DNA of 64,000 nt from Amoeboaphelidium protococcarum X5 (taxonomy: Eukaryota > Fungi > Aphelidiomycota). Position 1 is the first letter of the stretch. Every line of letters begins with the position of its first letter. The notes beneath the pieces were generated by a model. It was not told the DNA's origin. It made no database searches and was given only the letters and a program-made list of their open reading frames with translations. Both the position numbers and the translations under genes were made by a program. Positions 52,021 to 63,270 of the stretch are shown here, one piece after another. Where the stretch lies: NCBI GenBank assembly GCA_023515725.1, contig JALDTO010000207.1, positions 6,908-70,907 of the forward strand, in the 5' to 3' direction.

Positions 52021-55000
52021 ATGATGATGAAGATTAATGTATTCGACTTTGTGAAATACTCTAGATAGCAAGATAATATAGACGTTGAAGGCTGGCTTTG
52101 GTTTAAATAGAATGGATTATATCATCATGATCAAGAGGACACTGTCGCAGATACCCGTAGCCGTACATTTAAACGTCAGTCTATGCAATCCAATAACTCT
52201 GGAAGTGTGGAGAATGTCAGCTGCAGTCAGTCTGGCTCCTCGCCCGCTGGTAAATTATCTGAGTATAAGCGGCGCTGGTTTGTTCTAAAAGGAAATCTTT
52301 TATTCTATTTTCGATACAAGACCTCCTCTACGCCGATTGGGTGTATACTAATAGAAGGTATGGATTGCGTCAGATCTAGTGATAGTTAAGCAGAATATCA
52401 TGAATTTTAGCTGATTTCACGGTGCGATGCAGATAGCCTCGAATCGCCAGTGTCTCCATCAGTCACCACGTCCAGTTTGGCAGAGGGAGAGTCTTATATG
52501 AAGGCCAGACCGTGTATCCCCAACTCATACCATTTCGTTGCTGCTTCTGTTAATGAATGTAATTCGTGGATGACTGCTATACTCAATGCACCACTTAAAG
52601 CTGTGAGGTAGACTATGAATTCTCTTGTGGCCAGGGACAAAGAATGCCAGAGATTGCTGAATGATTGCATGACCACTCTGCAATAGTTTCGCTTAAATGA
52701 ATAGACTCCTAATGAAGATTCACTTGCAGATTAAGAGAAGGTGGACGGGATTGTAAGTAAAATGAAGTCTGTGTTTGAACGTGAAAAGTAATCATCTATG
52801 GGCAAGATTTCGATTGGTGGCAGCACTAGTACTAGGAGTAGAAGTTCAGAGAATTCTTCGCTGGCAGCATCCTTACCTTCGTAGATGGGATTATAATTTG
52901 CTTTCAGGCCTGTATCTCCAGTGCTATCTGAGATTAAACGGTAAGAAGATGCGTTTAGAAGCGTAATGAATCGTCCCATTGCACTTCCAACATCCGCTTC
53001 TCCATCATGTCCTGCATTGTCTTAGTCGGCAAAGTCTCCTTCGCTCTTAACTCTATAACTTAGAACTCCTCCTCTGTCGCGTAAGACTTCACTTGAATCG
53101 TTGCCGTCTTCTCATGTGCCTAACAAAGCTTAGTCTGATGATGCCGTCTATAGGCCCATTACTTCTGGATCATATGATGGTAAAAGCGGATCCGCTCTCA
53201 TGAAAAGAGCTACCTTGAGTGGAATCAGACTAAGCTCTGGTAGAATGCATAGATAAAGTGCACCTAGCAATGTACGGTTTGACAAATAAGTAGTTAGTTC
53301 TCATTCAAAGTTGAAAGAAGTCACCACCAAGTAATCGCCTAATGATGATTAATCGCTGAAAGATGTGCGTCAAGTGCTGCTGACGTTCACCGTTGATTTA
53401 TAGAATGGATACGTTTCAGACTTGCTTAAAAAGTTGAATAGCGGTCAGAGTGGTCACTTGAAAACTGCCGTTAATTGGTTATCGCGTTAGATCCCATTCT
53501 AAGTGTCCAAAGATCAGATCTTGCATGATCTCATAGATATCGAAAATGAATCAGATTTCTAGAATATTTAATCGGATATCAATATCGCTGTGGTCATCTA
53601 TGAGAAGAATGAGAGTGTGCAATCATCGCTGTATAAGCAGTTGACCACATCCAATTTTTCATTTCTCAAGATTGGATAGTCTGAGATTGCTCAAGTCAAG
53701 GATGGACGGCATGCAGAGTTTATTGTTCCTATTCAGTTGAAGATGGACGCCGGTAGAGAGTACCGAATTGAAATATAGTCTTTGAACAGCAGTGGTTCTG
53801 CCTCCCAGCTTAAGGCTCTAGCATTTGTTGACGTGTCTCTCTAGTAACTCCTATCTAGCTAGAGTTTGGATGGCAAGATCCGGAGGTAATCTGCTAGATC
53901 CTCGATGGATTATAAATTGAATACCTGCTCGATGAATGTCTTCGCCTCTGAAGGAATCGCCGACCTTTACTAGTCGCTGAATATCCATCAGAGAATCAAT
54001 GCTGGCGATATTGTTGGATAGTTATTTGTTAATGTTTACAAGAATCTCCACGTTCCTTCAGCTGACAGTATTCTACCTCTGGCTGTTGATACTCCGAAGT
54101 AGAGTCAGATTTATCTCGTTCCTACAAAGAATCATCAGTTGTTATAAATTAACGAGTAGTTGATAGAAAGTCCTTATTCACTCATAATTGCTCATGAGTT
54201 TGCCAGATTTAAACATGATTAGGAGTCGCGTATAATTTATGCCCTCACTAATCCAGGCCTTGGACTCGATTCCGCCATGTTGACTGTGCTCTCGAATGGC
54301 TCATCGTCAAAAGATTTTAGATAGAATGTGCTTGATAAAGTGATTGCTGTTCATCAGATCTTATTAAAGTCTTACCAGCATGCTTTGGATTCACTTTCTG
54401 ATAGGCTGTCTGATGATGGAAATGTTGGCAAGGAGTATCTTCGCAAGAGTACTGACAAGAAGAATGGGCAACTGCAGTGGGTGGCACTGAATTGTAATGA
54501 ACATTCTATATATGCAGATTTTCTCGATGACATGGATCTATCAGCCGATAGTAAAGTATAATCAGTTGTAACAAGTGGTGCGTTCGCTGCACATGCCATG
54601 GGATACTCTATGCCAAAATAAACGTCTGGCAATGTTTTCAATGGCTCTGATATGCTTAGGCTTTGCCATTTCGAGAAGGATAAACTGCAATTGGATGTTT
54701 TAAATGACGGACTTCGCAGTACGGTAGATAAAGAGAAGAGGCTGCGCACTAAACTGGCATCTACTCTAAATACTTATATCAATTTAGATCGACAGTCTTC
54801 ATAACGGCCACAGCTGTATCATAACGTCTGGGAGCATTTGCAAGATTGGGTGCAATTGATCATGGATGCATTGTCGCGTAAGTATGTCGATTAAAGTGCT
54901 TATGACGGATTCCCGCATCAAGATTAGTTGAGGAATGGCTTATTTGAATTGACGCGATAGAAGGAGAAAATCCTCACTAGAGTCATCCCTCTTGTAACTG

Positions 55001-56304
55001 AGAGATTGAAGGTGTTGGTAGATGCCAAGAATGACTAGCAGGCAGAGAACATTGCCGCTTTCAGTCAAAGTCTTACTTTTGCTGGTCAGAATTTCCGTCG
55101 CTTTAGTGAAATTGCTGCATTTGCCATCTATGAACTGGTTCTATTATAGGAGTACCGGGCAATAAATGCTATTTTGGGTGAAGACATGTTGCGGTAGAAG
55201 GGAACGGTATTTAACGCTGAAGTGATTTGCAAGCAGCGCGTTAGATAAGAGATTTGCCAGAGTTAGGCAATAGGAGCATTGCTCACTGGATTTATTGGCC
55301 TCATATCTTAGCACCATCATGATGAGCAGTTTTGGTTGAATCTGGAATCTTTTGGTTTCCTGGCACATTTTGAGAGTCTTCTGTCTGCATGCAACGATGA
55401 AAAAGTTATGCTCAATGATACTCAATAGGCTGTCAAGAGCTTGAGTGCTATTTAGTTCTGTTTTCATCAGTTTAACTCTGACATCAATGGTGATTAAGCA
55501 AAGTTCAAGTTTACTCATAATGCAGGTAAACTTTTATTGTCCATTGGGGTGTCGCAGTAGATTCTGATTAATATTCCGGAGAATATTCGTATTAAAGTAG
55601 TGCCTCTGCTATTTGCGTAAGGTGTTAATGAGTAGCAAATATTGGCCAATATCAGTGGAGACAATTCTATTCAGACGTAGATCAATGCTGACAGCTGTGC
55701 AGTATTTTCTTAGTATATGGATTAATGGAGAACGTGTGCTAGCAACAAGTAAACTGAATTGGCCGATTCTCTGATGCATAAGCTCAAAATAAGTATTGGA
55801 GTAGAAATTGGAAACTAATAATCAGATTCTCGTCGCTCCGTCAAGAAATTGAAGAACTCTGCCAATGTGCTCCTTCTCGCCTCCAATCTTACGCGATACA
55901 TGTCAAGTGTCACTCCGGTTGTATCTCACTTTATCTCTTGCAAGTCGGGGAAGGATCGCACAGCTATGGCTGTCACCCTCAACCATGTACTATCTATTAG
56001 TGGTAAAGGCTCGAAGAGTTTGCGCAGTGCCAGTGATATTTCGTCTTCCATCTCTTCTGTTGACAGTGCCGGTGTGTACAACGTTGATCTACATCCAGAG
56101 TATTTCTATCCTCTTCTGAATGCTATGCGTACAGAAAGTGGCCTCAGATTGTATAATGTAGAAAGAAATTTCTCCCTTGACCAAGAAGCTAATTACGAAA
56201 GAGGATGCCGTGGTAAGTATGCTCTAAATTCTATTCAACTTCAAATACTTCCTCATCTGTACAGACCTCCTCCGCGAGTCACTAATGCGAACGTGTCAAC
56301 GTGA
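52021..56304 (+). CDS. INPP4: Inositol polyphosphate 4-phosphatase with N-terminal PH domain, ~1427 aa
   Basis: EGWLW...[15 protein letters not shown] (PH); [28 protein letters not shown], catalytic [18 protein letters not shown]. Confidence 0.92.
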
Positions 56305-57319
56305 TTGTCTCCTCTAGTTCAACTATTAGATGTTCTTAATTTACAATTCTCTTCTTGCATTTCTCTTTACATACAAACACCCGAATGGTGGCCCACTCCA
56401 TTCCCATCCGCAAATCATTAGTGCAATATGATGATGATGCTGACATTGAATCTAAATGTTTCCAAGGTTCCAGATACGACAAAACAGATGGCATAATCTA
56501 GCATAAGAATTGCCTCTCTCCGCCGCAGTGACACTTGGGAATAGACTGAGATTTAATATCATTCGATCCATACGACATATCTCCTTCACCATCTTGACTA
56601 TAACGTATAAGAACATCAGGATTCATATTTATAAATTTCAGAAACTTTTTATTCACTCCACGCGCAATCTTGCCAAATTGATCTTGTTCATATTACTCAC
56701 CATTCCAATCTTCTTTTATATTATATGAGGATTAATATTATTAATAAGCTTTGCTGTCATATTGATTATTCACGTTACCAGAATGTAATTCTTTCTCACT
56801 TTGATAAAAGATCCCATAACAATCAAACGTGCCATAGAATGCTTGTTAGGTACTCTTTGACACTTTTTTGCTGGCTTTCACAGAGATATTAGAATTAATC
56901 TATTTAGAGACCTCCAATTAATTCATTAAGCCAGATAGTTCATTAAGATCAAAGTTTAAACTCGATCCACCTAATAGAGATGTACCAATGTTGTAGATTA
57001 CAGGTTATTCAATTAATGCCGATTTACCGCCATTAACCGAGTCGATTTACCGTCGATCGAGGGCATTGACGCGATAACACCTGAATGTATGAGATTTATA
57101 AGAGCATTCGCGCGAGTTGCATCCAAATATATAAAGCCACGAAGACTCTTCAATGTTTTACTATGCAATGAGAATCATCTGGCTTCTACACTCGCTGCAA
57201 TCAAGGATCATGTCCTTACTAACAAGATTCCTATCAAAATACACCGGCTACCCACCAATAAAATTGTCATACAAATCAGCAACATGTCCTTTACCACCTT
57301 CCGCAAAAGCAAACTCCAT
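56279..57319 (-). CDS. TSR4: TSR4/PDCD2L (PDCD2_C domain) protein, 346 aa
   Basis: FIGGQP, CSEC, LYIFGCNSREC; NPDVLIRY, IPKCHCGGERQFLCQIMP, MEWATIRVFVC. Confidence 0.85.
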
Positions 57320-57539
57320 ACTTGACTACTTTTCACTAATCTCAAGTCAACAGTTATAGCTGTGATTATATTAATATGCGTAGGAGAGTCGCGTTATATT
57401 CAATGGAGAAAACTAATTAAAAACGCCAAACAGTTTCAGATTGAGAATTGTTTCACCAAGTGAAGTTCAATAACGATTTGTAGTAAAGACTATGTTTATT
57501 TTCAATAAAACAACACTCAACTCAATATATTTGATACTT

Positions 57540-58927
57540 ATGGATTCATCAGAGACTAATATTTATTTTAGTGATGAGTTTGACGCGTAATAAGATCCAC
57601 TGTTTACAAGTTCTCTGTAGAGACTTCGGGAGTGTCCACCTCCTTTCAGCTCATCATTCTCTTTTGATGACAATAGTACGGATGATGGTGGATATCGAGA
57701 GGTCTTAGTAGATACTGACATCCTCAAGACTCAGTCATCTATACAAGAGCACTTGATATTTACATCTGACATATCAGAAGATGTTAGTTTGGGCATTGTA
57801 TCGGATGAATTTTCTGACAATTTGGACCTTGTTTCATCTGACCATTTGCACGCGCTGCTGAGTGATGAATTTGAACAGTTCAGTCAAGAGGATATCAGGT
57901 ATGCTAAAACCTGTTAGCCATATATAACATTATTATACTGTATTGTAGGATTTTATAACAGTTGAATTCTTTATAGAGACAAATATCGAGTGGAATCCCA
58001 GCGAGACTGCGCAATAAAAAGGTGGATAATCGCATGTTGTCTAAATTATTGGAGGTCATTGTTCAGTAAATCAAATCCAATTCTAAATGTACCAAACGCG
58101 ACGTTTATTACAAGTATGTCGACGTTTTTCTACAATAGAGGAATGTTGATACACTAGTGGATTTATTATCTCTACACTTTCAATGTCCAAGGTCCAGTCT
58201 TCGTGTATATGGCTCATTGAAAGGTATCATCTATGGCGATCTGACTTTGAATCTCCATGATGGAACTTTAATCTCTTGCAACTCAACCAGCTTGATTCCT
58301 CATGTTGATAACATTCAATCTATTAAATCAAACTGTACAATTGAGAATGAAAGTGGTGTAAATAATCATATTCTAATTGTTGAAAAGTGCGCCACGTTCA
58401 CTCACCTGGTCAACATTGGTATTTCACAACTGTTTGAACGCCATAGTATCATCCTTGTATGTGGTAAAGGTTATCCAGATTTGAACACTCAGCTATTTCT
58501 CCTGTTCCTTATGCGAGAGATTCCTAATTCTCAAGTGTCTATCCTAGTTGATTGTGATCCACATGGTATTGATATTATGCGCATCTATGAATTTGGATCT
58601 GCAAAACATACGCGTGAACTGCATCACCAGGCAGGCACATCTAATCTGTTGCAAGCCATAATTCCTAATCTTAAATGGATCGGTTTGAAACCATCACACA
58701 TCCCAAAGTATAATCTACCGCAGGATCAATTAATTAAATTAACTGAACGTGAAGTCTAAATAGCTCAAAATTATCTGACAGGACGTCATTAACACATGGA
58801 TAGTCAAGTCAGACGCGAGTTGACTCGGATGTTAAAGTTGGGTTACAAAGCTGAGATATAGGCTCTATATTCTTAGTCTAACGCACCCTTAATTGACTTT
58901 ATTCATCATGAGTTGATACTTAATTGA
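57540..58927 (+). CDS. SPO11: Meiotic topoisomerase-like SPO11, intron 57899-57948
   Basis: TKRDVYY (catalytic Tyr), IVEKCATF, GKGYPD, VDCDPHGIDI, KAEIQAL (Q=TAG). Confidence 0.95.
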
Positions 58928-59046
58928 TACTCTAGTTTTATATTTAGAGTTTATTTCACTTTAAAAGTTTGGGTTGCCTTTTTAGTCACTCAACTTCTAA
59001 TAGCGGCTACTTTACTTTGTTCGATTAAGAAAGCAGAAGACTTAAA

Positions 59047-60223
59047 ATGTTCATGTTTTACACTGCGAAACTTGCCTCTAAACCACTTAGATTGTCTATA
59101 CACTATAAAAGGTCGTTCAATTATATGAGTACATCTAGCATTGGTCAGACTTTGATAGAGCGGTATAGATCTGCCAATGGGGATGACGGAAAGCTGAAAC
59201 TGCTGTAAACTCTTGATGGCATAAGGAACAAGGATTTTGACATTCTATACAACGATATGCGGTAGATGAATGATGAATCTCATGGGCTAGATGCTTTAAT
59301 TAAACTAAGGATGGACATTTTAAGATTTGAAAAGTCTGGCGAAAGTGGACTGTCTCAACTTAGTCAGCGATTCATCTTAAAGTTCTAACTGGAATTTGGC
59401 TCCTCTAATTTGACGACTATCCGCGTCACTCAAGACTCAGCTCTCGGTTTAAAGGTAGTACTTTGATATTGTAATATAACATAACATTTTTTGAGCGTAT
59501 GATTTGTAGTAACAACTTGTCAAGTATGAGAAAGTCCATAAGGTCAGATCTGATCAAGATGCTGCGAGGCGATTAGGCAGTTGTCGTCGAGTATTTGCTC
59601 TGACGCACAAGGACTGGCCATCTCAGATACTCTGCTTTGTCAATGTTGCACTCACTGAAAATGTCGCTACCTCTATTGATTCGATAGTCTAAGCTAGTAG
59701 TGACGCGTAGATTCTTAATCAAGATGAGCGATAAATGCAGTGGGCAATGTTCTATAGTATCAACTCCACTCTCGCCGGACTGGGTGGGATAGATTTGGGT
59801 CATGAGATGATTATGCGTGCTGTGACTGAACTTCGCCGCTCTCTGCCTGAATTACAGCATTTCTGTACTCTGTCTCCGATACCATCGCTGGCATAGAACT
59901 TAAAGGCAGAAGATACTAATGAGTAATCTGTACTCTAATTTCTCTGTCGTCGCAAGGACACCTCCAAAGCGTCAGCTCCAAACAAAGGACCTGTTCTAGA
60001 TCCTGTAGCCAATTTCCATCTGAAAAATGGTGCCATGATCTACTAAATCAATCATGGGGCTAATTTAGGCGTTAAAGGCTAATAAGAGTCTTATGGATTC
60101 ATGGTCAACTATTACTATGATCAGAAATCATTGCGTAAGAACTCTGAGCTGTACATCAAACGCGGTAAAATTGCTTTATCTGATAAGTTGTAATCCACTT
60201 TACAACTTCAAAGCAAGCTATGA
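59047..60223 (+). CDS. MLYCD: Malonyl-CoA decarboxylase, intron 59455-59509
   Basis: YEKVH, FYSINST..GLGGIDLG, TLSPIP, DPVANFHLKNGA, SYGFMVNYYY; ends SKL-TGA. Confidence 0.94.
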
Positions 60224-60285
60224 ATACGTAAATATTATTCATTATTAACATTAAATACACCTATATTCTATAAAAGATATCTTGT

Positions 60286-61582
60286 TCACGATTCAATGCA
60301 GGAATCTACCAAATATTTGATCAACACACTGCTCCAGCACATTGACAAAGGGAAACAATCTTCATCAACTTGAGTGTCTGCCAATGACAGTAACTCATCA
60401 GGCAATGCATTATTGCATAAAATACCGCTCCATGACGGTGTCTGCACTCCACTATTAAATAATCGAATGGGAACTTGCATCTGAGATTCAATATCATCCA
60501 TATAACTTTCAAACTAAGCCATAATTTCACGTTATTACAATATGGCAACTTTAGAATCGCAATTAGACACAATCGGACGTAGAGCCAAATAGTTATGTGG
60601 GATCATATGTTAATAAATGTCTCTTCTAATCAACTGCTAATCTTGTGGCGTGCAGAAAGTATTATACGCACTGAATGCACTTTCAAATAGATTTCGATCT
60701 TGCTTTGCGCCTGACTGAATTGATGCGCTAATCTAATGGCGATTATCTTTAAAAGTCAACTCTGGACTTACAGACATTGAAGTATATCCCGATGCAGCTG
60801 TAGGATTTTACAACTATTAATGCTACAAAGTATTCGGAGTGTGAATCTTATCAGGATACTCGAGCCTGAAATTCTAAAATATTTGACCAAGCGAGTGTAT
60901 TATATCAATTACTCCAGTAAACAACAACGCGTCATTGACTGCGACACCGGCAGACTATGTAATCTTCAATAAATAATTAGGTTCTTATAAGGATAAGGAT
61001 AAGGATAGAGTAGGCTCAACGAGAATCAATTGCTGCAAACGATGCTTATTTCTCATCGCCATCTACAAAGCAATAATAGATGCATCCATATGACCGCAGA
61101 TGATATACGGTTCTCTAACACCAAGAATGAATAACATCTCGTCATATGTCTCCACCTCATCCATCAATGAAACCCCCTGGGAGTTATTCCCATATGAAGA
61201 TAGACCGTGGCCACATCTATCAAAAGTAATGGACGGGATGCCAAACTTTGCGAGTTATCGCTGAGCATGGAACCAGGAGGAGCATCCCAGGTGGGTGCTT
61301 GGAATAAATATGACAGTGGGCATTTAGTTATTAGTATTCATTCTTTTATGTCTCCGCCTAGGAGTCTTCCAGCTAAAGTATATGCTTTAGTTCTTCACTT
61401 CACATCGCCTTCCTACACATACTTATGGGTTAGATGATTGAAACGTCGGTATTCAAAAAATTTTAGCATGATAGTTTACCTGGAGGAACATCGCTGTATC
61501 TCCTCAAAGCGCGCTTGTACATTCCATAGCATATTGAGGTGGCGGCTAATAAAGCAGCTACTTTCAAACTTTTTCGTGTCAT
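60286..61582 (-). CDS. Alpha/beta-hydrolase fold protein (nucleophile Ser apparently absent), intron 61413-61479
   Basis: PTVIFIP, TFDRCGHGLS, YIICGHMDAS, LILVEP; N-terminal hydrophobic anchor. Confidence 0.78.
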
Positions 61583-61807
61583 ATTCGTGCCGGGGCTATT
61601 GTGATAGTGGTTGAATATGAAAGTCTGAAAATAGAAAGAGAGTGTAAGAGTGAGAGAGAGAGAGCGACAATGAGAAACGATGATCGACAAACCTCCCTAG
61701 GATTTTCTCACGGTCAAATACGCCGAATTGGTGACACGCGTAACGGATAGGCTACAGGGAGATATATAAGGAGAGCTTAAATAATGATTCTAGGGAATCT
61801 GTATTCA

Positions 61808-63202
61808 TCAAATCAATTTTATGCTGCAAACATTGCGTACTATAGTAGGATCGGTGGTCCATATATATTTCAAATCAACTCCGTCCTCTTCATTCTTTCG
61901 CTTCCATAGATTCCAATGCTCTTATTCCCTCTAATGACTCTACTGAAGGAGTGAATATATCTATTAGACGGCATCTTTTAAATTGACATTCATTTTGGCT
62001 GACACGGGACATAAGGCATAATTCTAATCTGAGCAGAATTAAGATAGTTGCTGGTATTGCGGAGTCAAACTCACGTCACCACTGTCAACTAAATCGCATT
62101 TATTAGCCAAAATGAGAACATTATTCTAATGTGACTTGCTTTAAAGTTGCCATGAATAGCCACTGTAATTCAGATTGTCAAAATACGCGTCCACTTCATG
62201 TTTAAGAGTACGAAAATCACCGACTAAATCCTCTCTGGTGCAATCCAACATGTAAACCAGCAGTCTACATCTTTCAGCATGCTTCAGAAAATCCAATCCA
62301 AGTCCTCTGCCTTTCGAAGCATCTTAAATAAGACCAGGTAGATCTGTAATCTTGAATTTACAATCCAGCTCAGGGATTTGAACAGAGCCTAATCGGGCTG
62401 TCAGAGTTGTGAACGCGTAATCCCCAACACCTGACTTTATCCCGATACCATTCTCTTTCAACTTCATAGCTGGATTTCGACCTGGACACACGGCTTCCAT
62501 GAAAGAGCTCTTTCCAGCATTAGGGAGTCCTATTAAGCCAACATCTCCAACCAACTTGGTCTCAAAGGCTAGATCAACAGATTGAATCTTTTCATTATCC
62601 GACCATTACCTCCGTGCTAATATATCTGCAGACTCTTGACCTTTCGTTGCCCAGCTGAATGGATTGTGAATATTACTTTACTTTAATAACGTATTTACTA
62701 ATTCAGGATGGGACTATAATTCCTATACCAACTACTAATTCTCTAGTCTATGGGAATTGGACGAATAATTGCCTCTACCACCGGTGCCTCCTCTAGCCAC
62801 AACAAACTAAGCTCCACGCGGTACGAGTGGATGATTCGTGTCTATCCATATAGATTTCTGAGCATCGCTATTGTTTACCTCACGTATAAGTGTTCCCTTC
62901 GGTACATTAATGATGGTGTCTTCACCACGTGCACCTTTGCCTCTAGTATGAGTACCTTTCCCTCCAACACCAGATTTAATGATTGAAAAGTGACTACCAA
63001 AGCGACTAGTGAGCATACGCAAATCAGACGCGTAGTTTTGACCATCACCACCCACAACATTCACAATTATATCACCACCACTATTACCATTACCACCATC
63101 AGGAGGTGCCATTCTCTGAAACGGCTGACGCGCAAAATGGACCGCTCCGTCGCCACCCTTGCCCGGTTTCAGGCGATACACAACTCGATAGAATTCTCTC
63201 AT
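61808..63202 (-). CDS. MTG2: Obg-family GTPase (MTG2-like), 464 aa; start uncertain
   Basis: GKGGDG...PPDGGNG Obg fold; DVGLIGLPNAGKSS, YAFTTL, DLPGLI, GLGLDFLKHAERC, ANKCD, VSAK. Confidence 0.92.
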
Positions 63203-63270
63203 TGACTGGATTTTAAGACTGCGCAGTCACCTTAACAGAAAGAGATGCAACGCGTATATAACACATGAAT

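Noticed and set aside
7997-63202. Mass pseudogenisation as an explanation for the in-frame stops
   Set aside because: Interruptions are only TAA/TAG, fall at Gln positions, and frames and catalytic motifs are intact.
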